Under the pieces are notes generated by a model. That model was not told the DNA's origin, did not search any database, and was given only the letters and a program-made list of their open reading frames with translations. Shown in pieces: positions 27,082 through 40,610 of a stretch of 64,000 nt of DNA. The DNA comes from Eledone cirrhosa (Eukaryota), in NCBI GenBank assembly GCA_964016885.1, contig OZ024744.1, positions 62,868,001 to 62,932,000 of the forward strand, read 5' to 3'. The position numbers and the translations under genes are program-made. Each line of letters starts with the position of its first letter. The first letter of the stretch is position 1.

Positions 27082-29157
27082 TCATCATCATCATCATCAT
27101 CACCGTTTTACGTCCGTTCTTCCACGCTAGCATGGGTTAGACGGGTTGTCCTGTTGTGTGCAGTGTCTGGTCAGCTGACCATGACTTGCTCATACAGGAA
27201 CTGATCTGGCTTGATTTCTACAGCTGGATGCCCTTCCTAACACCAACCTCATTTACAGTGAGTGCTGGGTGCTTTTTCGTGGCGCCTACACGTCCACTTT
27301 ACAGTGTGGGCTGGGTGCTTTTTTGCCGTGGCACCTCCACGACCACCTTGCGGTGGGGGGGGGGGGGGGGGGGGGGGGCATATTGTTTATATGCTTCAGC
27401 ATGTACCCATGGGAAGTCGTGTACTCTGTATTACTGCGTGACGCCAGAAGTCACAGTCGTGTGTCATTGTTTTTGAGAGGTGTAATTGGGTAAGGTCGGC
27501 TTTTATCACCTCATCACAGGTCATCTTGGGTCTCCCCACTCCGCTGTTTCCATCAACTTCTAGTGCTCTGCACCTTTTTATGCAGCTGTCATCCTTCATA
27601 CGCATCACATGTCCATACCAGCGCAACCGCCTCTCCTACACACAGCATTTGATTCCTCTTATGCTCAGTCTCTCTCTCAATTCATTTATGCTTTGTCGTT
27701 CACGTGTATTACTGTTACACATCCATCGGAGCATGCAGGCTTCGTTTCTCTCTAATCTACGTAAGTCTTCCACCTTCAGCGCCCAGGTCTCACTACCATG
27801 CAACATCGCTGTTCGGATACACGCATCATACAGTCTGCCTTTCATTCTGAGGGAGAAGCCTTTTGCAGCTAGCAGTGGTAGTAGTTCCCTAAACTTCTTC
27901 CATCCCGTTCTTACCCTAGTTATTGTACTTTCTGAACACCCACCTCCGTTGCTAATTCGGTCACCTAGGTAGCAGAAGCTGTCTACTGTTTCTACAGGGC
28001 CCTCCCAGAGATTGGTGGTACTTGTTTCCTGTGGCTGTTTGCTGCTTGCTGTTTCAGCACAGCTGCTGCATGTGAATCCTACATTCTTAATTAAGCTTCC
28101 TGAGATCCCGCTACATCTCTTGTGTACCCATTGTTTGCATTTGGGGCAGAGAATGGAGTTCCTACCTACACCTTTCCTACATACTGAGCAAGGCCATTTC
28201 CCTGAGGGGATCTGGGTTCTGTTTTCTCGTCTACTTACAAGGACCTTAGTCTTTGTCATGTTGACTTTGAGACCCTTTCTCTCTAGTCCCTGCTTCCAGG
28301 TTTGGAATTTATTCTCTAGTTCTACCATAGATTCAGCTATGAGTGCGAGGTCATCAGCATACAGGAGTTCCCATGGGCATCCGGTCTTAAACTCCTCCGT
28401 TATTGCCTGCAGGACTATGATGAACAGGAGAGGGCTAAGAACAGAGCCCTGGTGGACCCCAACCTGTACGCTAAATTCCTCGCTATACTCATTGCTAATC
28501 CTAATTTTGCTGACTGCTCCCCTATACATGGCTTGTACCGCTTTCACAAGCCATTCATCTACTCCTAGTTTTCTAAGAGCCCACCAGATTACAGCACGTG
28601 GAACTCTATCAAAGGCTTTCTCAAGGTCGACAAATGCCAAGTAGAGTGGCTTACTTTTAGCTAGGTACTTTTCCTGTAATTGCCTCACAAGGAAGAGGGC
28701 ATCAGTGGTGCCTCTTCCTGGTACAAACCCAAATTGCATCTCGTCTATATTCACCCGGTCCCTAATCAACTGTGCTATAACTCTTTCTGTTACTTTCATG
28801 ACCTGGTCCATCAACTTTATACCTCTATAGTTTCCTCTATCTAGTGCATCGCCTTTACCTTTGTAGCAGTTGACAATGATGCTACTGCACCAATCTTTTG
28901 GTATGGCCCCTTCTAGTATTACCTGGTTAACGATACGTGTGGTTATAGTGTGACCTACAGACCCAGATGCCTTCAGCATCTCGGCAGCTATACCCGATGG
29001 ACCGGTTGCATTCCCCATCTTCATATCTTTGATTGCCTTACTTACTACGCTGCTGCTGACTTGTACTGCTGGTCCCTCTATAGGGTCTACTTGGGGTAGG
29101 GTCTCTTCTTCCCATGCATTCTCCTCATTTAGTAATCTATCATAATGACTCTTCCAT
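27082..29157 (-). mobile_element. 5'-truncated RTE LINE (second subfamily) between microsatellites
   Basis: Continuous RT frame within ORF 27636-29372 (YADD); the upstream part of that ORF is microsatellite. Confidence 0.92.
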
Positions 29158-29271
29158 GTATATATATACATATATACATGTATATATATACATATATACA
29201 TATATATACATATACATATATACATATATATACATATACATATATACATATATATACATATACATATATAC

Positions 29272-29327
<56 letters not shown>

Positions 29328-29645
29328 TATATACACACATATATATATATACATATCATCATTCATCATCATTTCATTTTATGTCCGCTTTTTCCCTGCT
29401 TGCAAGGGTGGGACGGGAACTGATACTGGCTTGGTTTATTCAGCTGGATACCCTTCCTAACACCAACCTCATTTACAGTGAGTACTGGGTGTTTTTTTTT
29501 TTTGCCGTGGCACCTCCACGACCACTTTGTAGTGGAATGATAGGGACCTCAGTCCTTAGCATCTCATTTCTACAGCTGAGTAAACTGGAGCAATGTGAAA
29601 ATAAAGTGTCTTGCTCAAGGACACAACACATCACCCGGTCTGAGA

Positions 29646-29678
<33 letters not shown>

Positions 29679-29716
29679 GAGATTACATTAATCAAAGTTC
29701 AGTTTAAATCATTTAT

Positions 29717-29765
29717 TTGCTTACAATTGTTTCCTCCAAACCGAGGTTTGGATTCTTCGGAGCAA
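29717..29765 (-). ncRNA. Identical copy of the 40562 hammerhead-like motif
   Basis: Exact reverse complement of 40562-40610. Confidence 0.7.
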
Positions 29766-29829
29766 CTATTTAGTGATCTATAACATACTTGACCTCCTTT
29801 TCAACACAAGAGACATATAAAAACATATG

Positions 29830-31213
29830 CATTAGGAAAAAGCTGCATAGTTTTTTTAAAACATTTAACCTATCCATTACTATGGATATAAATGATAGAA
29901 CTGTGAACTTCCTGGATGTTACATTGGACTTGGATAACCATACGTACACACCGTACCATAAGCCTAATGAATTGCTGACTTACGTGAATACCAACTCTAA
30001 CCACCCTAGGTCGGTCATCAGCGGTATACTGAAGGGCGTATCTAACAGAATAAGTTCACTCTCACATAGTGAGGAGGCGTTTGACTCGCAGGCTGATTAC
30101 TATAATGATGCCTTAGCTAGATCCGGCTTTAGGGACAAATTGTATTACACCCAGGGAAATAATAGTCCTAATAGTAGCTCTACCAGTGTTGTTATAACAC
30201 ATAATATGTCCATTGGTAATGGAGGTGTCGCGAATGGGAGGGTTCTAAATGCCGGTGGAATGAAGCAGCAGGGCACCATTAGTCTAAGTAATAGCAATAG
30301 AGGTGTCGCGAATGGGAGGTTTCTAGATGCCGGTGGAATGAACCAGCAGGGCACCATTAGTCTAAGTAATAACAATGGTAGGCCTCGCAGCTCCCCGCAT
30401 AGACTAGGTGAGCATAGGAACCGTAGAAATAATAATGCTAATAATACTGATGGAAATAGAAAGAATAAAAAGAATAGAAGAAGATTGAATACATACTTCA
30501 ACCCCCCTTTTAATTCTGAAGTGGCTATAAATATTCCTAGGGCCTTCTTCTCTGTGTTAGAAAGGAACTTCCCTCCTGGTAATAGGTACCACTCTATCCT
30601 CAATAAGAATGTTGTTAAACTTTCGTATTCTACAACCCAAAATCTGGCCTCTCATCTGGCCATTACTAATAATAAGAAAATAAAGGAAGGCCTGGACAAC
30701 CTAAGCCTAGGGGAAAACACGGTAGTGGACAGAGTGGGCAGAAACACAAGTGGTGATCATTCTGAGAATAGCATCACCAGAGGTTGTAACTGTAGAAGGG
30801 CTTCAGGCTGCCCCCTGAATGGTTTCTGCCTTGTTAGAAACATAGTTTATGCGTGTGATGTAGTAACTACGGCGTCCACTAAGACCTATATAGGATCAAC
30901 CTCCACCCCCTTTAAGACCAGGTTTAACTCTCATCAATGCACTTTTAGACATAATAAACTGAGGAACTCCACCTCCTTGGCAGCGTACGTCCATAATTTA
31001 AAAAATGCACGAACACATTACACACTTACTTGGCGGCAGGTTGCTAAATCCCATCCATATACTCCTCATAATAGAGTATGTAACCTATGCCTTGCCGAAT
31101 CCCACTCTATTATATTTGCTAAATGCCCTCTACTAAATAGAAAGTCTGAAATATTTTCCTCTTGCCCCCACCGAATATTAAGCTCTTTCTTCTACTTTAA
31201 ACCTGTTAGCTAG
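29830..31213 (+). CDS. PLE RT C-terminus plus GIY-YIG endonuclease (partial, uninterrupted)
   Basis: Within the 474-aa ORF 29789-31213; recognisable homology starts near 29830; no RT catalytic DD motif. Confidence 0.85.
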
Positions 31214-32712
31214 CACTTCCTTATTCCTCCAGTTGGGCTGTCTTGTGTAACTGTCTCTGATTGTGTGTAACTCTCCTATTGTTGGTCGTCTATGTATATG
31301 AGTCGGTGAATGTATACGTATGCCTGTGGGAGGATATTGATCTTGATATTGGGGTGTGCAGGGGAGTGGGTGTGTATGTTAATAAGCACCCCTGTTTGGC
31401 ACAGCGGATGTAACCCATCCACGCTCGCCTACCTACCATTGGTGCATTGGTGGGTCTATCCTGACGTATATCTTGTGGATCTGTACCTCTGTATGCGCAT
31501 GAGTTGTGATGTAATGTATTTATGTAAAGCGTGTACTGTGATTTAGGCTGCACTAATAGAAATTTAGCCTGTAACTGTGGGCGGACCTGTGCCATCCCGC
31601 CGTAAGCAGTGGATACGTGGCGCATGTACGTGTTGCCCTCATATTCTGTGGTTTAAGATCTACAGGCTGACTTCCGGGAGCTCCTGCCCGGGGTTGTAGT
31701 CTTTCTAGCACGATCGGCCTTCCATATATTGACGGTCGTTGTTATGATCCCGAAAGTAACGTTTTGGCCCCGATAGCCCTCCGTAGTTACTAACGGTCTG
31801 TGTACATTTGAATCGGGCAATGGCACGTGCGGACACGATTATCTTCGTAGGATTTCAACTTTATTTTACTACATCTCATCGTATGTATTTGTTTTGAATG
31901 TATTATCTGTGGTGGTGGGTCTGGCCTAATGTGGTATTTCGGTGTTTAATATCAGCTTTGACCCGGGTGTCCTACGCTGTGTGTGTGTGCGTGTGTGTCC
32001 GTGTATACATTTATATGTGTATGGGTGTAGGTGGTTGTATATGTCTGTATATAAAAATATATATATATATATATGTATACCGTCTCTGCATATGCATGTG
32101 GTGTGTATATGTGCATATACGTGCTGAACATATTGATGTGTACAATCTTGTGATGTCCCAATGCGGTGACCTCATGGCTCTTGAAGCTATTTTTTATATA
32201 TCTTCTGTCTTTTTATATATCTTTTGTATGCGCTCCAACTGTGTCTGCTTGCTTTGGCTAACCCGCCTGCACCTCGCTTGCTAATGCACGTGAATTCTTC
32301 TACCTTCCTTCGATGCACCTCTGTTTGACCATTGGACTCCTGCCCGGGTGTGAACCGGTTTGTGATTACCCCACCGCTCAACTGTGTGAATGCACACCCG
32401 CGACTTTCGAGTGAACTTTTGAGACTGCCCAACCTGGGACGCCTCCATTGCCTTGCAATGGTCAAGTGATACTGGTGACTGTGACACTTAGTGCCTTCGT
32501 GGGCCCCTGATATTTTCAAGAAATATATTTTTAAAAAATGGTCAAGTGATACACATAACTGTGACACTTAGTGCCTTCGTGGGCCCCTGATATATTCAAG
32601 AGATATATTCTAAAAAAATATATATCTTATCTCAATTTACTTTATTTCATTTTATTTTATTTTATTTCATTTCATGTTATCTAATTTTATTTATTTACTT
32701 ATTTAATTCCAT

Positions 32713-32743
<31 letters not shown>

Positions 32744-33341
32744 CTTATTTATTTATTTATTTATTTATTTACTTAAATTTAATTTTAATTTTATTTATTT
32801 ATTTAATTTTATTTATTTATTTATTTATTTATTCATTTATTTTATTTAATTACATTTAATTATATCTTATATTATATTATTTTAATTTAGTCTATTTTAT
32901 TTTATTTTAGTTTACCTTATTTTATCTTATTTTATGATTATATTATTTTATCTCATTCCTTACCCTGTATCACTATTATCTGTATATTTTATATTTTATA
33001 TGTAAGTTTGTTATGTATTTCTTTATATTTTCTTATATATATTATAAGTCTGTTTTTCACCTATTTTTTACCTACTCTTACCTAATCCTATCTATCTTAT
33101 CTACTCTTGTCTGTTCTCTTATCCATGTGTATGCTTGTATGTAACTATATGTTGATAGCACCCCGCCCAACTGTGACTGATAGCACCCCTTATTTTTCAT
33201 TGTTTATTTTATTATCTTATTTTTATTTTTATTTTTATTCCTATTTTTATTTTTACTTCCTTAATATCCTTTATCGTCTATTATTATTTTTCATTCTTCA
33301 ACGTCTTGGATTCGTTATTGCTTGTATGGTATGTAATTAAC

Positions 33342-33399
33342 CTTTATGCTCTGATGAGTCCCACTTATAGTGCGGATGAAACAATGTTAGCAAGTAAAG
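33342..33399 (+). ncRNA. Type I hammerhead ribozyme, minimal stem III
   Basis: CUUUA-UGCU CUGAUGA GUCC-CAC(UUAUA)GUG-C-GGAU GAAAC(AAU)GUU^AGCA-AG-UAAAG. Confidence 0.85.
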
Positions 33400-33724
33400 A
33401 TATGCATATGCTATAGGCGTTCTTTGTTATTTATTATATACATATATATATGCATATATATATATACATATATATATATACACATATATATATATACATA
33501 TATATACACATATATATATATACACATATATATATACACACATATATATATACACATATATATATACACACATATATATATACACATATATATACACATA
33601 TATATATACACATATATATATATACACGTATATATACATATATATATATATATATACATATATATGTATACACATATATATATACACACATATATATATA
33701 CACATATATATATACACATATATA

Positions 33725-34037
33725 TCATCATCATCATCACCGTTTTACGTCCGTTCTTCCACGCTAGCATGGGTTAGACGGGTTGTCCTGTTGTGTGCAG
33801 TGTCTGGTCGGCTGACCATGCCTTGCTCATACAGCTGGATGCCCTTTACAGTGTGGGCTGGGTGCTTTTTTGCCGTGGCACCTCCACGACCACCTTGCGG
33901 TGGGGGGTGTGGGGGCATATTGTTTATATGCTTCAGCATGTACCCATGGGAGGTCGGGTACTCTGTATTACTGCGTGACGCCAGAAGTCACGGTCGTGTG
34001 TCATTGTCTTTGAGAGGTGTAATTGGGTAAGGTCGGC
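33725..34037 (-). mobile_element. RTE 3' end, near copy of about 27082-27500
   Basis: Direct sequence match with internal deletions. Confidence 0.8.
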
Positions 34038-34299
34038 TTATATACACATATATATATACACATACACATATATATATACATATATATATATATACACATA
34101 TATATACATATATATATATATACACATATATATATATACACATATATATATACATACACATATATATATACACATATATATATACATACACATATATATA
34201 CATACACATATACATATACATAAATATATATATATATATACACATATATATACATATACACATATATATATATATACATATATACATACATATATATAT

Positions 34300-34892
34300 G
34301 GTGGCTGCCAACTCGTTTTCGAGTACGGCCACTACTTTATATCCATGTAGGAGAACCCCTACCGATGCGCTGAACGAGTGTGACTTTTTAGTCCAGCCAG
34401 CGACTTGAAAACTCTGGTACAAACACTACACTTGTGACAATTATTGACACATAGTGTACATGGTACCATGTGACGACAAGTGCAGAGAGATCGCCAGATA
34501 TAAAGCAATGCCTGTGCCGTGAAGCTTTTATAGTGAGCAAAGGCACTGCACAAAGCCAGTCCCACTCTCTTAACCAAGATGATATTTACCAAAAAGAAGA
34601 ACAAGTCAACATCATTGGATACCATCAGGGTTGCAGGTGTTATATCAGAGTTTACCTTCTAGAATTCTGCCTTGACAAAGGCAGAATTCTAGAAGGATTT
34701 TGGATGGCCATTGACTCTTAAGAGCTCCTTTGCCCTTTGACAGGTTTTGTTTTTAGTCCTGCAGAATGTCCTAAGTCACCCTCCTCACCAAGAAACCTTG
34801 GTGGGGTTGCCAGTTTAGTCACCAACGACCCGACCATGAGACAGGTTGTACTGGGATACATGTTACCAGTAGCACCAAGTGGTGACCTGACA
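34300..34892 (-). mobile_element. Non-autonomous internally deleted RTE/BovB-like element
   Basis: Ends with a C2H2-like [22 protein letters not shown], a 3' hairpin CTCGAAAACGAG and (TA)n; further copies at 36687, 37637 and 38140. Confidence 0.7.
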
Positions 34893-34895
34893 TAC

Positions 34896-34926
<31 letters not shown>

Positions 34927-35307
34927 CATATATGCTGTGCTGAATAAGACCCGTCCCACCCTTGCAAGCAGGGAAAAGCGGACGTAAAATGATGATGATG
35001 ATGATGATGATGATATACATATATATATACATATATATATATACATATATATATATACACATATATATATATATACATATATAAAAACTGCGATAATATT
35101 GCTTTTTGCTGAACTCCTTTTGTAGAGTTTTTTTCGGAATGTTTTTGACTGTTGTTTCTTGTAAACAAACATTCGTCTCATTCTGATGTCACTAGCCCTG
35201 TCTTTCCTCATGTGCGTTTTTCAGAATCACGCACGATGGTGAACTAGCCAGTTTTAAAATTCCCTTTTTGGCATATAAATCTGTGAGAGTCCTGGTTATC
35301 GAGTTGA

Positions 35308-35387
35308 GCTCTGCTGACGATTGAAATCCAACCGTGACCATCTCCACTGAAAGTTTTCATGAAATAGTCTTTAAGACTATACAGAGC
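35308..35387 (+). ncRNA. Type I hammerhead ribozyme, long stem III
   Basis: GCUCUG CUGACGA u-UGAAA..UUUCA-u GAAA UAGUCU(UUA)AGACUA UA^CAGAGC. Confidence 0.8.
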
Positions 35388-35639
35388 ATTTGAAGTTTTT
35401 CCAAATTGAAGGATGAGTATTTTAGACTTTATTTAATCCTGAGTTAAGGCTCTATTGATTTTTCCCTGGATTTCACTAAATTCTGTGGATGAATTTATAT
35501 CCTGATTCTCTTTGAGATGAGTTTGAATTATTTTTCCCACATCTTACGTTAACTATTTTTCCCATTTTGACGTTATAGTCGCATATATGTTATGGAATAC
35601 TATTAGCTTCTCGCTACAACAATTTCTATACCTTTCATT

Positions 35640-35838
35640 TATATATATACATATAAATATATACATATATATATACATATATATATACATATATATATAC
35701 ATATATATATATATACATATATATATACATACATATATACATATATATATACATATATATATATATATACATATATATATACATATATATATACATATAT
35801 ACATATATACATACATATATACATATATACATATATAC

Positions 35839-35871
<33 letters not shown>

Positions 35872-35952
35872 CATATATATATACATATATACATATATAT
35901 ATACATATATACATATATATATACATATATACATATATATATACATATATAC

Positions 35953-35999
<47 letters not shown>

Positions 36000-36018
36000 T
36001 ATATACATATATATATAC

Positions 36019-36053
<35 letters not shown>

Positions 36054-36138
36054 CATATATATATACATATATACATATATATATACATATATATACATAT
36101 ATATATACATATATATATATATATACATATATATATAC

Positions 36139-36199
<61 letters not shown>

Positions 36200-36646
36200 C
36201 ATATATATACATATATATATACATACATATATATATACATATATATATACATACATATATATATACATATATATATACATATATACATATATATATACAT
36301 ATATATATACATATATATACACATATATATATACATATATATATATATACATACATATACATATATATATATACATACATATACATATATATATATACAT
36401 ACATATACATATATATATATACATACATATATATATATATACATACATATATATATATACATACATATACATATATATATATACATACATATACATATAT
36501 ATATATACATACATATACATATATATATATACATATACATATATATATACATACATATACATATATACATACATACATATATATATACATACATATATAT
36601 ATACATACATATATATATACATATATATATATATACATACATATAC

Positions 36647-36677
<31 letters not shown>

Positions 36678-36686
36678 CATACATAT
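35640..36686. repeat. Compound (TA)n/(TACA) microsatellite, about 1 kb
   Basis: Direct reading. Confidence 0.98.
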
Positions 36687-37268
36687 GGTGGCTGCCAACT
36701 CGTTTTCGAGTACGGCCACTACTTTATATCCATGTAGGAGAACCCCTACCGATGCGCTGAACGAGTGTGAATTTTTAGTCCAGCCAGCGACTTGAAAACT
36801 CTGGTACAAACACTACACTTGTGACAATTATTGACACATAGTGCTGGGCCCATGGTACCATGTGACGACAAGTGCAGAGAGATCTCCAGATATAAAGCAA
36901 TGCCTGTGCCGTGAAGCTTTTATAGTGAGCAAAGGCACTGCACAAAGCCAGTCCCACTCTCTTAACCAAGATGATATTTACCAAAAAGAAGAACAAGTCA
37001 ACATCATTGGATACCATCAGGGTTGCAGGTGTTATATCAGAGTTTTCCTTCTCCTAGAATTCTGCCTTGACAAAGGCTAAGGGGTCATCTCTCCCAGTGA
37101 TTTTAGATGGCCATTGACTCTTAAGAGCTCCTTTGCCCTTTGACAGGTTTTGTTTTTAGTCCTGCAGGATGTCCAAAGTCAACCTCCTCATCAAGAAACC
37201 TTGGTGGGGTTGCCAGTTTAGTCGCCAACGACCCGACCCGACCAAAGGGCAAAGGAGCTCTTAAGAGC
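36687..37268 (-). mobile_element. Second copy of the short RTE derivative, with an inverted 5' end
   Basis: Near identical to 34300-34835; about 37243-37268 inverts about 37118-37142. Confidence 0.75.
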
Positions 37269-37542
37269 TATATATATATGTATGTGTGTATATGTATATG
37301 TATGTGTATATGTATATGTGTGTATGTGTATGTATATATGTATGTATATGTATGTGTATATGTGTGTATGTATATATATATGTATGTGTATATATATGTG
37401 TATGTATGTATATGTATATGTATGTATACGTGCATGTATATATATGTGTATGTATGTGTGTATATGTATGTATGTATATGTGTATGTATATATATATGTG
37501 TATGTATGTATGTATATGTATGTGTATATATGTGTATATGTA

Positions 37543-37573
<31 letters not shown>

Positions 37574-37636
37574 GTATGTATGTGTATATGTGTGTGTATG
37601 TATGTATGTATGTATGTATGTATGTATATATATATG

Positions 37637-37818
37637 TGTCAGGTCACCAGTTGGTGCTACTGGTAACATGTATCCCAGTACAACCTGTCCCATATCATCT
37701 TGGTTAAGAGAGTGGGACTGGCTTTGTGCAGTGCCTTTGCTCACTATAAGCATCGGTCGGGGTTCTCCTACATGGATATAAGGTAGTGGCCGTACTCGAA
37801 AACGAGTTGGCAGCCACC
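37637..37818 (+). mobile_element. 182-bp mini-derivative of the same element
   Basis: 5' end, one middle block and 3' end joined together. Confidence 0.75.
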
Positions 37819-38200
37819 ATATATATGTATATATATGTGTATATATGTATATATGTATGTATATGTATGTGTATGTATATGTATATGTATGTGTATATGT
37901 ATGTGTATATATATGTATGTGTGTATGTATATGTATGTGTATGTATGTGTATATGTATGTATATGTGTGCATGCATGTATATATGTATATGTGTATGTGT
38001 ATGTATGTATATGTGTATATGTATGTATGTATATTTATATGTATGTGTGTATATGTGTATATATATGTATGTGAGTATGTATGTATGTATATATGTATAT
38101 GTGTATGTATGTATGTATGTATGTATGTATATGTATATGTGTTAGGTCATCAGTTGGTGCTACTGGTAACATGTATTCCAGTACCTGTCCCATGGTCGGG

Positions 38201-38319
38201 ACATACATATATATATATACATATATATATATACATATATATATACATATACATATATATATATATATACATATATATGTATATACATATATATATATAC
38301 ATATATATGTATATACATA

Positions 38320-38361
<42 letters not shown>

Positions 38362-38614
38362 CATCTATATACATATACATACATACATACATACATATAT
38401 ATATACATATATATACATATACATATACATACATATATATATATACATACATACATATATACATATATATATACATACATACATATATATATATATATAC
38501 ATACATACATACATATATATATATACATACATACATACATATATACATATATATATACATACATACATATATATATATATACATACATACATACATTCAT
38601 ATATATAAATATAC

Positions 38615-38648
<34 letters not shown>

Positions 38649-38917
38649 ACACATATATACATACATATATATACATATATACATACATATATATATACAT
38701 ATATATACATACATATATATATATACATACACATATATACATACATATATACATATATATATATACATATATATACATATGTATATATACATATATATAT
38801 ATATACATATATATATACATATATATATACATATATATATACATATATATACATATGTATATATACATATATACATATATATACATATATATATATATAC
38901 ATATGTATATATACATA

Positions 38918-38969
<52 letters not shown>

Positions 38970-38996
38970 CATACATATATACATACATATATATAT

Positions 38997-39027
<31 letters not shown>

Positions 39028-39120
39028 CATACATATATACATATATATATACATACATATATATATATACCTATATATATATACATATATATATATACAT
39101 ATATATATATACATATATAT

Positions 39121-39153
<33 letters not shown>

Positions 39154-39300
39154 CATCTATATATACATATATATATACATATATACATATACATATATAC
39201 ATATACATATATATATATACATATATATGTATGTGTATATATATATATATATATACACATATATATATATACATATACATATATATATATATACATATAC

Positions 39301-39373
<73 letters not shown>

Positions 39374-39411
39374 CATATACATATATATATATATACATAT
39401 ATATACGTATA

Positions 39412-39469
<58 letters not shown>

Positions 39470-39603
39470 CATATACATATATATATATACATATATATAC
39501 ATATATATACATATATATATATATACATATATATACATATATATATATACATATATATATATATATTCATATATATACATATATATATTCATATATATAC
39601 ACA

Positions 39604-39637
<34 letters not shown>

Positions 39638-39638
39638 C

Positions 39639-39669
<31 letters not shown>

Positions 39670-39734
39670 CATATATATACACATATATATATATACATAT
39701 ATATACACATATATATATATATACATATATATAC

Positions 39735-39779
<45 letters not shown>

Positions 39780-39926
39780 CATATACATATACATGTATAT
39801 GTATATATATATACACATATATATATATATACACATATATATATATACATATACATATATATATATACATATACATATATACATACATATATACATTTAT
39901 ATATACATATATATATACATATATAC

Positions 39927-39977
<51 letters not shown>

Positions 39978-40028
39978 CATATATATATATACATACATAT
40001 ATATATACATACATATATATATATACAT
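38201..40028. repeat. Compound (TA)n/(TACA) microsatellite, about 1.8 kb
   Basis: Direct reading; similar shorter arrays at 26883, 29158, 33435, 34038, 37269 and 40657. Confidence 0.98.
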
Positions 40029-40561
40029 AGTATTAAGGATACTATTTATGGTTATGTATACAATAAAACTTTTTATGGTTATATATATTTTAAACCCTAA
40101 ATAGTGAAAGACTAATTCATTACTATCTTATTACCAGTAAGATAAATATTTTTCGATATTTTTGGTGTTTCTCTACAAACGGGATTATATATCGTACAGG
40201 TATATGTGAGAAATGCTTTATCAATACGACCCCCATGATGCTATTGATTGCCTGCTTTAACTGCTTGTTTTTACATGTAACAATCTGCCGCACTATGATC
40301 CTGTATAAATAAGACACGCGTGCATGCTACACGTGAGATTGTTTCATACACTGACTACTCTAAACTTTCCTCTCGCTTTATCTTCATAAACTGCCAATGT
40401 TTCATTTTTATTTTTATTTTTATCCTTTAACCTTTATATGTAAATTGCCATGCTATATCATTATGATGGATGTCAACCCACTGTGGGTCAATATATACAT
40501 ATGTTTTTATATGTCTCTTGTGTTGAAAAGGGGGTCAAGTATGTTAAAAATCACTAAATAG

Positions 40562-40610
40562 TTGCTCCGAAGAATCCAAACCTCGGTTTGGAGGAAACAA
40601 TTGTAAGCAA
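40562..40610 (+). ncRNA. Type I hammerhead-like motif with a CCGAAGA core and palindromic stem III
   Basis: UUGCU CCGAAGA a-UCCAAAC(CUCG)GUUUGGA-g GAAAC(AAUU)GUA^AGCAA. Confidence 0.7.

Larger units (their letters stand above)
29830..33420 (+). mobile_element. 5'-truncated Penelope-like element (C-terminal endonuclease type, possibly Neptune-like) with a long 3' region
   Basis: RT thumb VNFLDVTL...YHKP...YVNTNSNHP; Cys linker CNC-x5-CPL-x3-C; IVY...YIG...RFNSH endonuclease; terminal hammerhead motif; followed by (TA)n. Confidence 0.9.

Noticed and set aside
28012-28644. Recurrent antisense ORFs over RTE copies
   Set aside because: Shadow frames of RT coding sequence with no independent support.
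34760-34892. HDV-like or twister ribozyme at the mini-RTE 5' end
   Set aside because: A G-U-closed 7-bp P1-like stem exists, but P3/L3/J4-2 or twister consensus elements could not be placed.
35553-40104. Long ORFs of up to 751 aa rich in Y, I, H, T, M, C and V
   Set aside because: They are translations of TA/CA microsatellites, which lack stop codons.
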